From: a virus
Taxonomy: Duplodnaviria; Heunggongvirae; Uroviricota; Caudoviricetes
IMG/VR virus record: IMGVR_UViG_2619619132_000010
Reading direction: 5' to 3' (one strand)
Length of the DNA stretch: 8,266 nt
Part shown: positions 1 to 6,959 of the stretch, piece by piece
How positions within the stretch are numbered: position 1 is the first letter of the stretch
Layout of the letters: the number at the start of each line of letters is the position of its first letter
Program-made: the position numbers and the translations under genes
The notes under the pieces: generated by a model
Told to the model about the DNA's origin: nothing
What the model saw: the letters and a program-made list of their open reading frames with translations, nothing else
Database searches by the model: none

Positions 1-1284
1 TTACTTCTTCGCCTCTGCAACCACTTTACTACCCACGCCGCGGTTATTGTATTCCCACATGCGGTTGTAGTTAGTGTCATTCAGATTGCGCTGTATTTCG
101 TCGTTATCATCTACGCTGCCGGTATTACCCGCAAACGGACGATTAGAGATCACCGCATCGGCCCACGGTTTAGCCGTGTTAAAACCTTCGTTGATGGCGC
201 TATCACGGATCACCACCTGACCGTTGGTATTGGCATCAACATCCAGCGAGCGGCCCAGTTGCGCCACACCATCACCGAAAGCATTGAAACGGCTGTTTAC
301 GGCGAGGAAACCGTAGTAAATGTTGGACAGCGTAGCCGGTGCAAACACATACGCTTCTTGCTGAGTACGTGAGTTCACCACGCGGAATTCGGTGTTATCG
401 AACACCACTGCGCCGCGACCAGAAACGATATCCACATCCCCTTCAATGTAGCTGTTGGTCACCAGCGTACGCGGCTGACGATTCGTTTCCAGACGGTTCT
501 GCACACCGCTGTTGGTGACAAAGAAGGTGTTCTGACGACCGAGAATGTTAACGTTGTTAATCTGTACCTGGTCACCATCAGTACGCAGTGCCACCGCCGG
601 ATGGTTACCTGCATCTACGCTATCGCCCAGCGTGTTTTCGATGGTCAGATTTTGCAGTTGCAGGCCATTGTTTTGTGACCAGAAGACCGCAGAGCAGAGA
701 ACACCGATACTGTCGCTGCGTTTGCTCTGGCAGCTATCGTACATATACCACGCTGGTTTACCTGGCATATATTTGCCGCGCGGGTTGACGTCGTGACGCC
801 AGTCGGCAGGGCTCATGCCACCATCAAGGGAAAGCCCAATCTTCACATCAATCGGTTTTTCACCTGTACCGTACAGAGTAATTCCACCCGGAGCGGCAGG
901 GACATATACCGTTCCCTGATACTCACCAGGCATCACGGCAATATACTGGCGCTTGTTGGTACGCTTGATAATTGCCGCATCTACCGCCGCCTGAATCGTG
1001 GTATGCGTTACACCTTGAGTGCCCGCCGGGCCGACAACAAAGTCAGGTTGCGCAGGCAGGGTAATCGGGGAAGGATTCCACGCTGCAGCACCTGGTGTCA
1101 GGGATGCAAAATAGTGTTGAGCATCGAAATTCTGCGCTTCTTTTGCCGACAGAATCGGGCGAGAAGAGGTACCAGGCGCGGTTTGATCAGAAGGACGTTG
1201 ATCGGGCGGGGTTGAGCTACAGGCGGTCAGCGTCACGCCAAAAGCCAATGCCAGCGCCAGACGGGAAACTGAAAATGTGTTCAC
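1..1284 (-). CDS. ybhC: YbhC-like outer-membrane lipoprotein (pectinesterase/acyl-CoA thioesterase family), host gene flanking attB-lambda
   Basis: Complete 427-aa ORF with TAA stop at 1-3 and a GTG start at 1284-1282 preceded by GGAG (about 6 nt spacing). N-terminus MNTFSVSRLALALAFGVTLTAC has a lipoprotein signal with lipobox LTAC. Sequence recognised as E. coli YbhC, the gene adjacent to attB-lambda. Confidence 0.88.
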   Translation of the reverse strand: MNTFSVSRLALALAFGVTLTACSSTPPDQRPSDQTAPGTSSRPILSAKEAQNFDAQHYFASLTPGAAAWNPSPITLPAQPDFVVGPAGTQGVTHTTIQAAVDAAIIKRTNKRQYIAVMPGEYQGTVYVPAAPGGITLYGTGEKPIDVKIGLSLDGGMSPADWRHDVNPRGKYMPGKPAWYMYDSCQSKRSDSIGVLCSAVFWSQNNGLQLQNLTIENTLGDSVDAGNHPAVALRTDGDQVQINNVNILGRQNTFFVTNSGVQNRLETNRQPRTLVTNSYIEGDVDIVSGRGAVVFDNTEFRVVNSRTQQEAYVFAPATLSNIYYGFLAVNSRFNAFGDGVAQLGRSLDVDANTNGQVVIRDSAINEGFNTAKPWADAVISNRPFAGNTGSVDDNDEIQRNLNDTNYNRMWEYNNRGVGSKVVAEAKK

Positions 1285-1309
1285 AGGTTGCTCCGGGCTA
1301 TGAAATAGA

Positions 1310-1430
1310 AAAATGAATCCGTTGAAGCCTGCTTTTTTATACTAAGTTGGCATTATAAAAAAGCATTGCTTATCAATTTGTTGCAACGAACAGGTCACTA
1401 TCAGTCAAAATAAAATCATTATTTGATTTC
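1310..1430. other. attL: attL (B-O-P') prophage-host junction; 15-bp core GCTTTTTTATACTAA at 1331-1345
   Basis: Core at 1331-1345 with host-side arm GTTGAAGCCTGC and phage-side P' arm GTTGGCATTATAAAAAAGCATTGCTTATCAATTTGTTGCAACGAACAGGTCACTATCAGTCAAAATAAAATCATTATTTG. The P' arm carries an IHF-like site (TTATCAATTTGTTGCAA) and Int arm-type sites (AGGTCACTAT, CAGTCAAAAT, AAATCATTAT) at about 1391-1425. Confidence 0.9.
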
Positions 1431-2489
1431 AATTTTGTCCCACTCCCTGCCTCTGTCATCACGATACTGTGATGCCATGGTGTCCGACTTATGCCCGAGA
1501 AGATGTTGAGCAAACTTATCGCTTATCTGCTTCTCATAGAGTCTTGCAGACAAACTGCGCAACTCGTGAAAGGTAGGCGGATCCCCTTCGAAGGAAAGAC
1601 CTGATGCTTTTCGTGCGCGCATAAAATACCTTGATACTGTGCCGGATGAAAGCGGTTCGCGACGAGTAGATGCAATTATGGTTTCTCCGCCAAGAATCTC
1701 TTTGCATTTATCAAGTGTTTCCTTCATTGATATTCCGAGAGCATCAACATGCAATGCTGTTGGGATGGCAATTTTTACGCCTGTTTTGCTTTGCTCGACA
1801 TAAAGATATCCATCTACGATATCAGACCACTTCATTTCGCATAAATCACCAACTCGTTGCCCGGTAACAACAGCCAGTTCCATTGCAAGTCTGAGCCAAC
1901 ATGGTGATGATTCTGCTGCTTGATAAATTTTCAGGTATTCGTCAGCCGTAAGTCTTGATCTCCTTACCTCTGATTTTGCTGCGCGAGTGGCAGCGACAGG
2001 GTTTGTTGTTATATGGCCTTCAGCTATTGCCTCTCGGAATGCATCGCTCAGTGTTGATCTGATTAACTTGGCTGACGCCGCCTTGCCCTCGTCTATGTAT
2101 CCATTGAGCATTGCCGCAATTTCTTTTGTGGTGATGTCTTCAAGTGGAGCATCAGGCAGACCCCTCCTTATTGCTTTAATTTTGCTCATGTAATTTATGA
2201 GTGTCTTCTGCTTGATTCCTCTGCTGGCCAGGATTTTTTCGTAGCGATCAAGCCATGAATGTAACGTAACGGAATTATCACTGTTGATTCTCGCTGTCAG
2301 AGGCTTGTGTTTGTGTCCTGAAAATAACTCAATGTTGGCCTGTATAGCTTCAGTGATTGCGATTCGCCTGTCTCGGCCTAATCCAAACTCTTTACCCGTC
2401 CTTGGGTCCCTGTAGCAGTAATATCCATTGTTTCTTATATAAAGGTTAGGGGGTAAATCCCGGCGCTCATGACTTCGCCTTCTTCCCAT
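1419..2489 (-). CDS. int: Lambda-type tyrosine integrase Int (356 aa)
   Basis: 356-aa ORF MGRRRSHERRDLPPNLYIRNNGYYCYRDPRTGKEF... recognised as lambda Int. Its 3' end overlaps the P' arm of att and its 5' end overlaps the xis 3' end, as in lambda. Confidence 0.96.
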   Translation of the reverse strand: MGRRRSHERRDLPPNLYIRNNGYYCYRDPRTGKEFGLGRDRRIAITEAIQANIELFSGHKHKPLTARINSDNSVTLHSWLDRYEKILASRGIKQKTLINYMSKIKAIRRGLPDAPLEDITTKEIAAMLNGYIDEGKAASAKLIRSTLSDAFREAIAEGHITTNPVAATRAAKSEVRRSRLTADEYLKIYQAAESSPCWLRLAMELAVVTGQRVGDLCEMKWSDIVDGYLYVEQSKTGVKIAIPTALHVDALGISMKETLDKCKEILGGETIIASTRREPLSSGTVSRYFMRARKASGLSFEGDPPTFHELRSLSARLYEKQISDKFAQHLLGHKSDTMASQYRDDRGREWDKIEIK

Positions 2490-2685
2490 TTCTGATCCTC
2501 TTCAAAAGGCTACCTGTTACTGGTCGATTTAAGTCAACCTTTACCGCTGATTCGTGGAACAGATATTCTCTTCCATCCTTAACCGGAGGAGGGAATATCC
2601 TGCATTCGCGCACCCATCGACGAACTGTTTCAAGGCTTCTTGGGCGTCGCTGGCGAGCGTTCCACTCCTGAAGTGTCAAGTACAT
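2467..2685 (-). CDS. xis: Excisionase Xis (72 aa)
   Basis: 72-aa ORF MYLTLQEWNARQRRPRSLETVRRWVRECRIFPPPVKDGREYLFHESAVKVDLNRPVTGSLLKRIRNGKKAKS recognised as lambda Xis. Overlaps the int start by 23 nt. Confidence 0.95.
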   Translation of the reverse strand: MYLTLQEWNARQRRPRSLETVRRWVRECRIFPPPVKDGREYLFHESAVKVDLNRPVTGSLLKRIRNGKKAKS

Positions 2686-2697
2686 CGCAAAGTCTCC

Positions 2698-2711
2698 GCA
2701 ATTACACGCAA
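2698..2711 (-). promoter_or_regulatory. cII-box (TTGC-N6-TTGC) of the pI promoter for int
   Basis: Minus strand reads TTGCGTGTAATTGC just upstream of the xis ATG (2685), the arrangement known for lambda pI, where the cII-activated transcript starts inside xis. Confidence 0.6.
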
Positions 2712-2712
2712 G

Positions 2713-2732
2713 AAAAAACCGCCATCAGGCGG
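2713..2732 (-). terminator. Intrinsic terminator candidate (hairpin CCGCC-TGAT-GGCGG followed by TTTTTT on minus strand), possibly tL3-like
   Basis: On the minus strand a 5-bp GC stem with 4-nt loop is followed by a T6 run. The stop codon of the upstream 55-aa ORF lies in the loop. Sits between that ORF and the pI/xis region. Confidence 0.5.
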
Positions 2733-2892
2733 CTTGGTGTTCTTTCAGTTCTTCAATTCGAATATTGGTTACGTCTGCATGTGCTATCTGCGCCCACAGC
2801 ATCCAGTGGTTATAGCAGTCGCTGATGTTCTCGGCTTCGATAACTCTGTTGAATGGTTCTCCATTCCATTCACCTGTAACTCGGAAGTGCAT
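2725..2892 (-). CDS. Hypothetical 55-aa protein (matches position and size of the small ORF just left of xis in lambda)
   Basis: ATG at 2892 preceded by GGAG; translation MHFRVTGEWNGEPFNRVIEAENISDCYNHWMLWAQIAHADVTNIRIEELKEHQAA; TGA at 2727-2725. Not in the six-frame track (under 60 aa). Spacing to the xis start is 40 nt. Confidence 0.6.
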   Translation of the reverse strand: MHFRVTGEWNGEPFNRVIEAENISDCYNHWMLWAQIAHADVTNIRIEELKEHQAA

Positions 2893-2898
2893 TTATCA

Positions 2899-2930
2899 TC
2901 TCCATAAAACAAAACTCGCCGTAGCGAGTT
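2899..2930 (-). terminator. Intrinsic terminator candidate (7-bp stem AACTCGC / GCGAGTT, loop of 4, then TTTTGTTTTAT on minus strand)
   Basis: Perfect 7-bp inverted repeat at 2913-2919 and 2924-2930 with a 4-nt loop, followed on the minus strand by a U-rich tract (2899-2912). Lies in the 107-nt gap between the 86-aa ORF and the 55-aa ORF. Confidence 0.5.
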
Positions 2931-2999
2931 CAGATAAAAGAAATCCCCGCGAGTGCGAGGATTGTTATTCACCTTTGACGGCAAGTTGCAGGTTAGCCA

Positions 3000-3260
3000 T
3001 TACCGCACCTCCAGTCTCCATACCGCCTGACCAATCCGGCTGGCATAGGTATCTTTGGATACTGCTCCGTCTTTAGCCAGCTCCATAAGAATTTTGCGCA
3101 AATCTGCCGAACGCCATTCCTCATCAGGAAATTCCTTCTCCATTGCCAACCGCAGATTCCAGGTTGCTATCGTGAATGGATATTCCCCGCCGAGAGCTTT
3201 CTCTTGCAGGGCAGAACGGGAACGCATCACCTGCAAAACCTTCTCTTTTACATCCATCAT
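3000..3260 (-). CDS. Hypothetical 86-aa early accessory protein (Ea8.5 position)
   Basis: ORF MMDVKEKVLQVMRSRSALQEKALGGEYPFTIATWNLRL... with a strong SD AGGAGG 4 nt upstream of the ATG. The start overlaps the stop of the upstream 304-aa gene (ATGA). Confidence 0.6.
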   Translation of the reverse strand: MMDVKEKVLQVMRSRSALQEKALGGEYPFTIATWNLRLAMEKEFPDEEWRSADLRKILMELAKDGAVSKDTYASRIGQAVWRLEVR

Positions 3261-4171
3261 TTTGCCTCCTGCGGCGGTTCCGGTAGCGGCATCCAGTGAG
3301 TTACGTCATCCAAGATATTTCCTGATAAATATGTGAAAGCTCTATATTTTTTGTAATAAATTGGACTCATTACCCAGTTCCAATATGCTGCCACTATTTG
3401 ACCTTGACTAAATGCCAGTAACATTTTGGTGTCTTCCGGCATTCGCTCACTACAGCTTATCCAACCATCCGGAGTTACCGGAACTTGTGGAATGGCTGTC
3501 TGCTCTCGAACGTCATTAGGCGCTATAGGTTCTGCTGCCAACTGACTGGCATATTTGTTAATGGTAACGATAAGCTCTTGCTCAGCCTCATCCAGACAAT
3601 CACCGATACCTCGCCTGTCACCGTCAAAATCATCGAAATCGGCACGAATCCTGGCAACCTTCAGGATTGCGGACAACACCTCACTAGGAATTGCCGGATA
3701 GTTGGTTGACGTTTCCGCGATTTCCCGAAAATTATTGGTTGACGAATTCTTGTTTTCCCGAAAGTTTCCGGACTGAAGCATGGCGGCGCGGCAGGCGTTC
3801 CATATTTCGGCAGCAATATCGCGCTCGCTATCGGTTAATTTGTACGTTGAAACATAGCCAGAGAGCATTTCTACGTTTTCCGGAGTTGCTTCTTCAGGCA
3901 CTACCGGTGCTGGAGGGGCGGCGTAAATGCCCTCTATCACTAAATGTTTGCGCTCAAAATCATCTGGCTCTCGATGATATACGTAACTCCAATCACCAAG
4001 GTTATCATTGCGCCTGCAACGGAAACCTATCGGCTCTGCTTCCAGCGATGCCAGAGCAATTCGTGCCAGTTCTTCCGCTTCTTCTGCTGGCAGTACAACG
4101 TTGCTACCAGGTCCGTATGTTTCGCGCCACTGCCTGATTGTCAGCAGTCGCTCTTTGGTAATAGTGGTCAT
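3257..4171 (-). CDS. Phage accessory protein, 304 aa, with DUF551-like C-terminal domain and an internal 11-aa tandem repeat
   Basis: ATG at 4171 with AAGGA 7 nt upstream. The C-terminal region DGWISCSERMPEDT...WMPLPEPP resembles the DUF551 domain common in lambdoid Ea-region proteins. Internal repeat NFRENKNSSTN / NFREIAETSTN. Confidence 0.72.
   Translation of the reverse strand: MTTITKERLLTIRQWRETYGPGSNVVLPAEEAEELARIALASLEAEPIGFRCRRNDNLGDWSYVYHREPDDFERKHLVIEGIYAAPPAPVVPEEATPENVEMLSGYVSTYKLTDSERDIAAEIWNACRAAMLQSGNFRENKNSSTNNFREIAETSTNYPAIPSEVLSAILKVARIRADFDDFDGDRRGIGDCLDEAEQELIVTINKYASQLAAEPIAPNDVREQTAIPQVPVTPDGWISCSERMPEDTKMLLAFSQGQIVAAYWNWVMSPIYYKKYRAFTYLSGNILDDVTHWMPLPEPPQEAK
3702..3767. 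repeat. Imperfect 33-bp tandem duplication (2 units, about 25/33 identical) inside the 304-aa CDS
   Basis: TTGGTTGACG occurs at 3702-3711 and again at 3735-3744, and TTTCCCGAAA at 3721-3730 and 3754-3763, i.e. the same 33-bp spacing. In frame (11 codons per unit). Confidence 0.6.
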
Positions 4172-4181
4172 GTGTTAGTCC

Positions 4182-4445
4182 TTATCCTGCTGTACTTTCA
4201 ACTGATGAGGGGAATAAAATCTTTTCATCAAATCCGGCATTCATATCATGAACAGCAACACACCAATCCATTGACGAACGATTATCAAGAGCCTCCATGA
4301 TTTCATCCATGCGGCGCAGGTCATACAGGTAAATGCTTTTATCGCCAATGGTGTAAAAACCAATTTTTTTCGGTGATGGGCAGCGATCAAGAACGTCCTG
4401 TAATTCGTTCAACCATGCCCGTTCTTTTTTTGTTAAAGTTGCCAT
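4182..4445 (-). CDS. Hypothetical 87-aa protein
   Basis: ATG at 4445 (MATLTKKERAWLNELQDVLDRCP...) preceded by AGGAGAG. The six-frame track extends this ORF upstream to 4487, but the SD-supported ATG is at 4445, 1 nt after the Ea22-like stop. Confidence 0.6.
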   Translation of the reverse strand: MATLTKKERAWLNELQDVLDRCPSPKKIGFYTIGDKSIYLYDLRRMDEIMEALDNRSSMDWCVAVHDMNAGFDEKILFPSSVESTAG

Positions 4446-4446
4446 C

Positions 4447-4929
4447 TCACTCTCCTTTGATGCGAATGCCAGCGGCGCGGGAATCATTCCATCGCTTTAC
4501 TTCTTCACGAATTACGTCAATGCATTCTTTCGAATCCATTAGGTAATCTTCATCAAAAAGACGTTCCTGTTCGTTTTCTATCGCAACAATGATTGCTTCA
4601 ACTAACTTTTGTGCCTGAGAATCACTTTCTAACTCTGCTATGCGCTTACTTCCATCCGAGATAACGCCCTCGTAATACTCACGCTGCTCGTTGAGTTTTG
4701 ATTTTGTCTCCTCAAGCTCAACTCTCAGCTTCCCAACAGTAAGCGCAATATCCTCGTTCTCTTGGTCGCGGCGTTTGATGTATTGCTGGTTTCTTTCCCG
4801 TTCATCCAGCAGTGCCAGCACAACCTGAGGTGTGACTTTCATACGAAATGCCAGCAATTTTTGAGGCGTTGCTACTGTTTCAATTGCTACTGCTGCCTCA
4901 CGCAGTACCTGATAGTCAATCTTGCTCAC
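4447..4929 (-). CDS. Ea22-like early accessory protein (about 160 aa from the GTG start)
   Basis: The segment [37 protein letters not shown]...[14 protein letters not shown]...AGIRIKGE is recalled as lambda Ea22-like. Most likely start is GTG at 4929 with AGGAGG 6 nt upstream (MSKIDYQ...). The track's alternative start is 4950 (also GTG). Confidence 0.68.
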   Translation of the reverse strand: MSKIDYQVLREAAVAIETVATPQKLLAFRMKVTPQVVLALLDERERNQQYIKRRDQENEDIALTVGKLRVELEETKSKLNEQREYYEGVISDGSKRIAELESDSQAQKLVEAIIVAIENEQERLFDEDYLMDSKECIDVIREEVKRWNDSRAAGIRIKGE

Positions 4930-5093
4930 TGGTTGCCTCCTTTGCGCCACATCGCATTCAGATATTTGTTTTTATTCACTGAAGGAAAAGAATTTCTCTT
5001 AAGCAATTCCTCTCTCGATGGCATTGGCTTTACGCGTTGGCGAATAATCATTTCTGCCGGAAGAATGCCGGGATTGTATGCAAGACCTCTCAT
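4926..5093 (-). CDS. Hypothetical 55-aa protein
   Basis: ATG at 5093 overlaps the stop of the upstream 96-aa gene (ATGA), and its own TGA overlaps the GTG start of the Ea22-like gene (GTGA). Translation [55 protein letters not shown]. Not in the track. Confidence 0.45.
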   Translation of the reverse strand: MRGLAYNPGILPAEMIIRQRVKPMPSREELLKRNSFPSVNKNKYLNAMWRKGGNQ

Positions 5094-5380
5094 GATTTAC
5101 TCTCCACGAACTGGTCAATAGCCATGCTAAGTGACACACCTAAAGTCTCGATATGCTGCTGAATATCCTGTAGCGTCTGCGCCTGAGATAACAGGATTTC
5201 ACGGTTGCATAACTCTTTAACTAGATGCTCAAACTTGCTGTAATAACCGATACGGCTTAGTGTTTCTTTCCCTGCATTATCACCTTCTTTGATAATTCCT
5301 CTTTCACTAAGAATCAGGTCGTGTTTGGTTACGGTAATAACGTATTTGCCGAGGTCGATGTTTAGCTTCATTGTTTTCAT
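5090..5380 (-). CDS. Hypothetical 96-aa protein (possible Abc-like accessory protein by position)
   Basis: ATG at 5380 ([17 protein letters not shown]...) with GAGGA 7 nt upstream. The track extends the ORF upstream to 5533, but that extension overlaps the preceding gene and lacks an SD. Confidence 0.6.
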   Translation of the reverse strand: MKTMKLNIDLGKYVITVTKHDLILSERGIIKEGDNAGKETLSRIGYYSKFEHLVKELCNREILLSQAQTLQDIQQHIETLGVSLSMAIDQFVESKS

Positions 5381-5390
5381 TGTTAATTCC

Positions 5391-5687
5391 TCAGTCATTA
5401 CTGATAGCGCCATAACGAGAGCGATAATTACGCAGGCGCGGGTCGATATATTCAGGGAAGTGGGTATATGTGGCTTTGCGGAATGGTCGGATTGATGTCT
5501 GGTAAATTCGCTCGCGTTCTTCTTTCTCTGCAAGCCATATACAGTGGCGAAATTCCTTTTCCTCTTTCGTTTCCTGCGGTAGCGACATTATCCGATCGTA
5601 GTTTTTTCTGAATTTATCCAGCACCTCCGATACGGAATTGCCGGAACAGCGGCGCGCGTCATCCGCACCATACAGAGGCGCTGGCAT
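5391..5687 (-). CDS. Hypothetical 98-aa protein (possible Abc-like accessory protein by position)
   Basis: ATG at 5687 with AAGGA 7 nt upstream; translation MPAPLYGADDARRCSGNSVSEVLDKFRKNYDRIMSLPQETKEEKEF.... Lies 23 nt downstream of the ssb-like stop. Confidence 0.6.
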   Translation of the reverse strand: MPAPLYGADDARRCSGNSVSEVLDKFRKNYDRIMSLPQETKEEKEFRHCIWLAEKEERERIYQTSIRPFRKATYTHFPEYIDPRLRNYRSRYGAISND

Positions 5688-5710
5688 AATGGAATCCTTA
5701 TTTTGCTAAT

Positions 5711-6094
5711 CTAGAAGGGAATTGAATCGTCGTATTCAGGATGATTTTGATGATTGCTACTTTGTTGCTGTTGGCTGTTTCCTGAAGTTGCAAATCCAAT
5801 CTTTGCATTCAGTAATTCAAGAGTGATTGATTGACCATTTTGCCCCTGATAAACATCAACCATGATGTTTTCTCCGGTAATTTCTACAATGCCACCTTCA
5901 ACAAGAACACTACGGTAGTAATCCGCTTGCGCTCCCGGCTTGGCAAATACAACGGCGCTGTAGTTTGTCCATTCTTTCTTTTTTGTCTGGCGATCGTAAT
6001 ACTGAACGCCAGCACGGATGTTGAATCCGATATTTTCCCCGGCCTGAAACTCTCTTGCGGGCTTGTTTAGTCTTACAGTAATCGAATGTGCCAT
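5711..6094 (-). CDS. ssb: Short phage single-stranded DNA-binding protein (SSB-like, 127 aa)
   Basis: C-terminal acidic tail ...EYDDSIPF matches the SSB-family DDDIPF-type tail, preceded by a Q/S/N-rich linker and an N-terminal domain of OB-fold size. Start ATG overlaps the erf stop (TAATG). Confidence 0.72.
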   Translation of the reverse strand: MAHSITVRLNKPAREFQAGENIGFNIRAGVQYYDRQTKKKEWTNYSAVVFAKPGAQADYYRSVLVEGGIVEITGENIMVDVYQGQNGQSITLELLNAKIGFATSGNSQQQQSSNHQNHPEYDDSIPF

Positions 6095-6699
6095 TAAGCA
6101 GCAGCTCCTTCTAATTCGTCTCGTCTGATGTTGTAAACGTCCTGCGCTTTGTGCTGCTCAGGTGTGCCTTCGAGCATCTTCCACGCTTTGGCGAACGCCT
6201 GTTTAAGCTCTTCTACGGTGTTTTTCTGCATTGCTGCGTCAGTGAATGCTTTTAGAACCTGTTCAGGTGTAGGTGATGGTTTTGATTGCTTTGCTGCTGC
6301 GTTCTGCTGATGTTTATGCTCGTCTGTATCTGCATCTTTCGCATCATCAATGCCGAACAAACCATTGAGGCAATACTTGCGTGCATAAGAGCTTGTAGCT
6401 CCCGTAACTTGTGCAGAATCCATTCCTTTCTTGCTTTCTTCCTCTCGTGCAAGAGCGGTTGCCGTATGGCTGTTTTCGCCATCGGTAATAGTTGCCGTGG
6501 CTTTCACGTAATACCGATCACCAATCAACACAACTTCATCGCTGATTGATAAAAACAGACCATTCAGTAACGGCTTAACGCCTTCAAGAATATCTTCGCA
6601 GCTTCTGTATTTATATTTACCGAATGAGTTGTACTGATTCTTTGGCGCGTTCAGATTCTCCTGAATAGCTGCCAGTCTTGCGTAAAATTCTTTGCTCAT
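6094..6699 (-). CDS. erf: Erf-family single-strand annealing recombinase (P22 Erf-like, 201 aa)
   Basis: MSKEFYARLAAIQENLNAPKNQYNSFGKYKYRSCEDILEGVKPLLNGLFLSISDEVVLIGDRYYVKATATITDGENSH... recognised as close to phage P22 Erf. Start taken as ATG at 6699; the track's 6729 start is a TTG extension. Confidence 0.9.
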   Translation of the reverse strand: MSKEFYARLAAIQENLNAPKNQYNSFGKYKYRSCEDILEGVKPLLNGLFLSISDEVVLIGDRYYVKATATITDGENSHTATALAREEESKKGMDSAQVTGATSSYARKYCLNGLFGIDDAKDADTDEHKHQQNAAAKQSKPSPTPEQVLKAFTDAAMQKNTVEELKQAFAKAWKMLEGTPEQHKAQDVYNIRRDELEGAAA

Positions 6700-6709
6700 A
6701 TGATTGTTC

Positions 6710-6880
6710 TCAGAATGGACACGGCCCAAGGAAATAACGCTGATTTAATACTTCGACTCGGGACAAATTAAGGCATACCCGCATTCCTTCACGATCTCCA
6801 TTCTGGCGATACATTAACGCCTGCTGCGTGTACATGCGTCTCTGTAACTTGCTCTCCTTCACTGTGGTTGCAAGTGACAT
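6710..6880 (-). CDS. Hypothetical 56-aa ORF just upstream of erf (arf-position candidate); overlaps the next ORF in another frame
   Basis: ATG at 6880 preceded by GGAG with 6-nt spacing; translation MSLATTVKESKLQRRMYTQQALMYRQNGDREGMRVCLNLSRVEVLNQRYFLGPCPF; TGA at 6712-6710, 10 nt before the erf ATG. Not in the track. Confidence 0.4.
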   Translation of the reverse strand: MSLATTVKESKLQRRMYTQQALMYRQNGDREGMRVCLNLSRVEVLNQRYFLGPCPF

Positions 6881-6959
6881 GAATATCTCCTTCGTTACCG
6901 ATTAATTCTTTCATCTGACGAATGAATTCTTCGTCTGACCAGTTATCTGTAAAACTCAT
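6789..6959 (-). CDS. Hypothetical 56-aa acidic protein, translationally coupled to the kil-like gene
   Basis: ATG at 6959 overlaps the kil-like stop (ATGA); translation MSFTDNWSDEEFIRQMKELIGNEGDIHVTCNHSEGEQVTETHVHAAGVNVSPEWRS. The track shows it with a GTG-extended start at 6974. Confidence 0.45.
   Translation of the reverse strand: MSFTDNWSDEEFIRQMKELIGNEGDIHVTCNHSEGEQVTETHVHAAGVNVSPEWRS

Noticed and set aside
545-1316. Plus-strand ORFs (545-796, 588-788, 793-1215, 1095-1316) inside ybhC
   Set aside because: They lie antisense to a well-supported 427-aa gene, have no SD-supported starts and unprotein-like composition; treated as shadow ORFs.
1670-2193. Plus-strand ORFs 1670-1867 and 1987-2193 inside int
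   Set aside because: Antisense to lambda int; shadow ORFs.
2964-2999. 11-codon mini-ORF (MANLQLAVKGE) starting at the 86-aa gene's stop
   Set aside because: Too short and without independent support; probably a chance ORF in the intergenic spacer.
2554-3336. Plus-strand ORFs 2554-2907, 2640-2825, 2825-3076, 3055-3336 and minus ORF 2784-2984
   Set aside because: They overlap xis, the 55-aa ORF, the terminator region and the 86-aa gene without start signals. The 2784-2984 minus ORF spans an intrinsic terminator and is out of frame with the SD-supported 55-aa ORF.
3485-4300. Plus-strand ORFs 3485-3709, 3691-4137, 3944-4300
   Set aside because: Antisense to the 304-aa gene; C/R-rich shadow translations.
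4446-4487. 5' extension of the 87-aa ORF to 4487 ([15 protein letters not shown]...)
   Set aside because: The extension overlaps the Ea22-like gene's 3' end; the internal ATG at 4445 has a strong AGGAGAG SD.
4762-5495. Plus-strand ORFs 4762-5121 and 5289-5495
   Set aside because: Antisense to the coupled minus-strand small genes; no RBS.
5831-6549. ORFs 5831-6070 (+), 6286-6549 (+) and 6252-6482 (-) inside ssb/erf
   Set aside because: Alternative-frame or antisense ORFs inside the strongly supported erf and ssb genes.
6700-6729. 5' extension of erf to 6729 (MGRVHSENNH...)
   Set aside because: The extension begins at a TTG, lacks an SD and overlaps ORF B's 3' end; the ATG at 6699 matches the recognised Erf N-terminus MSKEFYARL.
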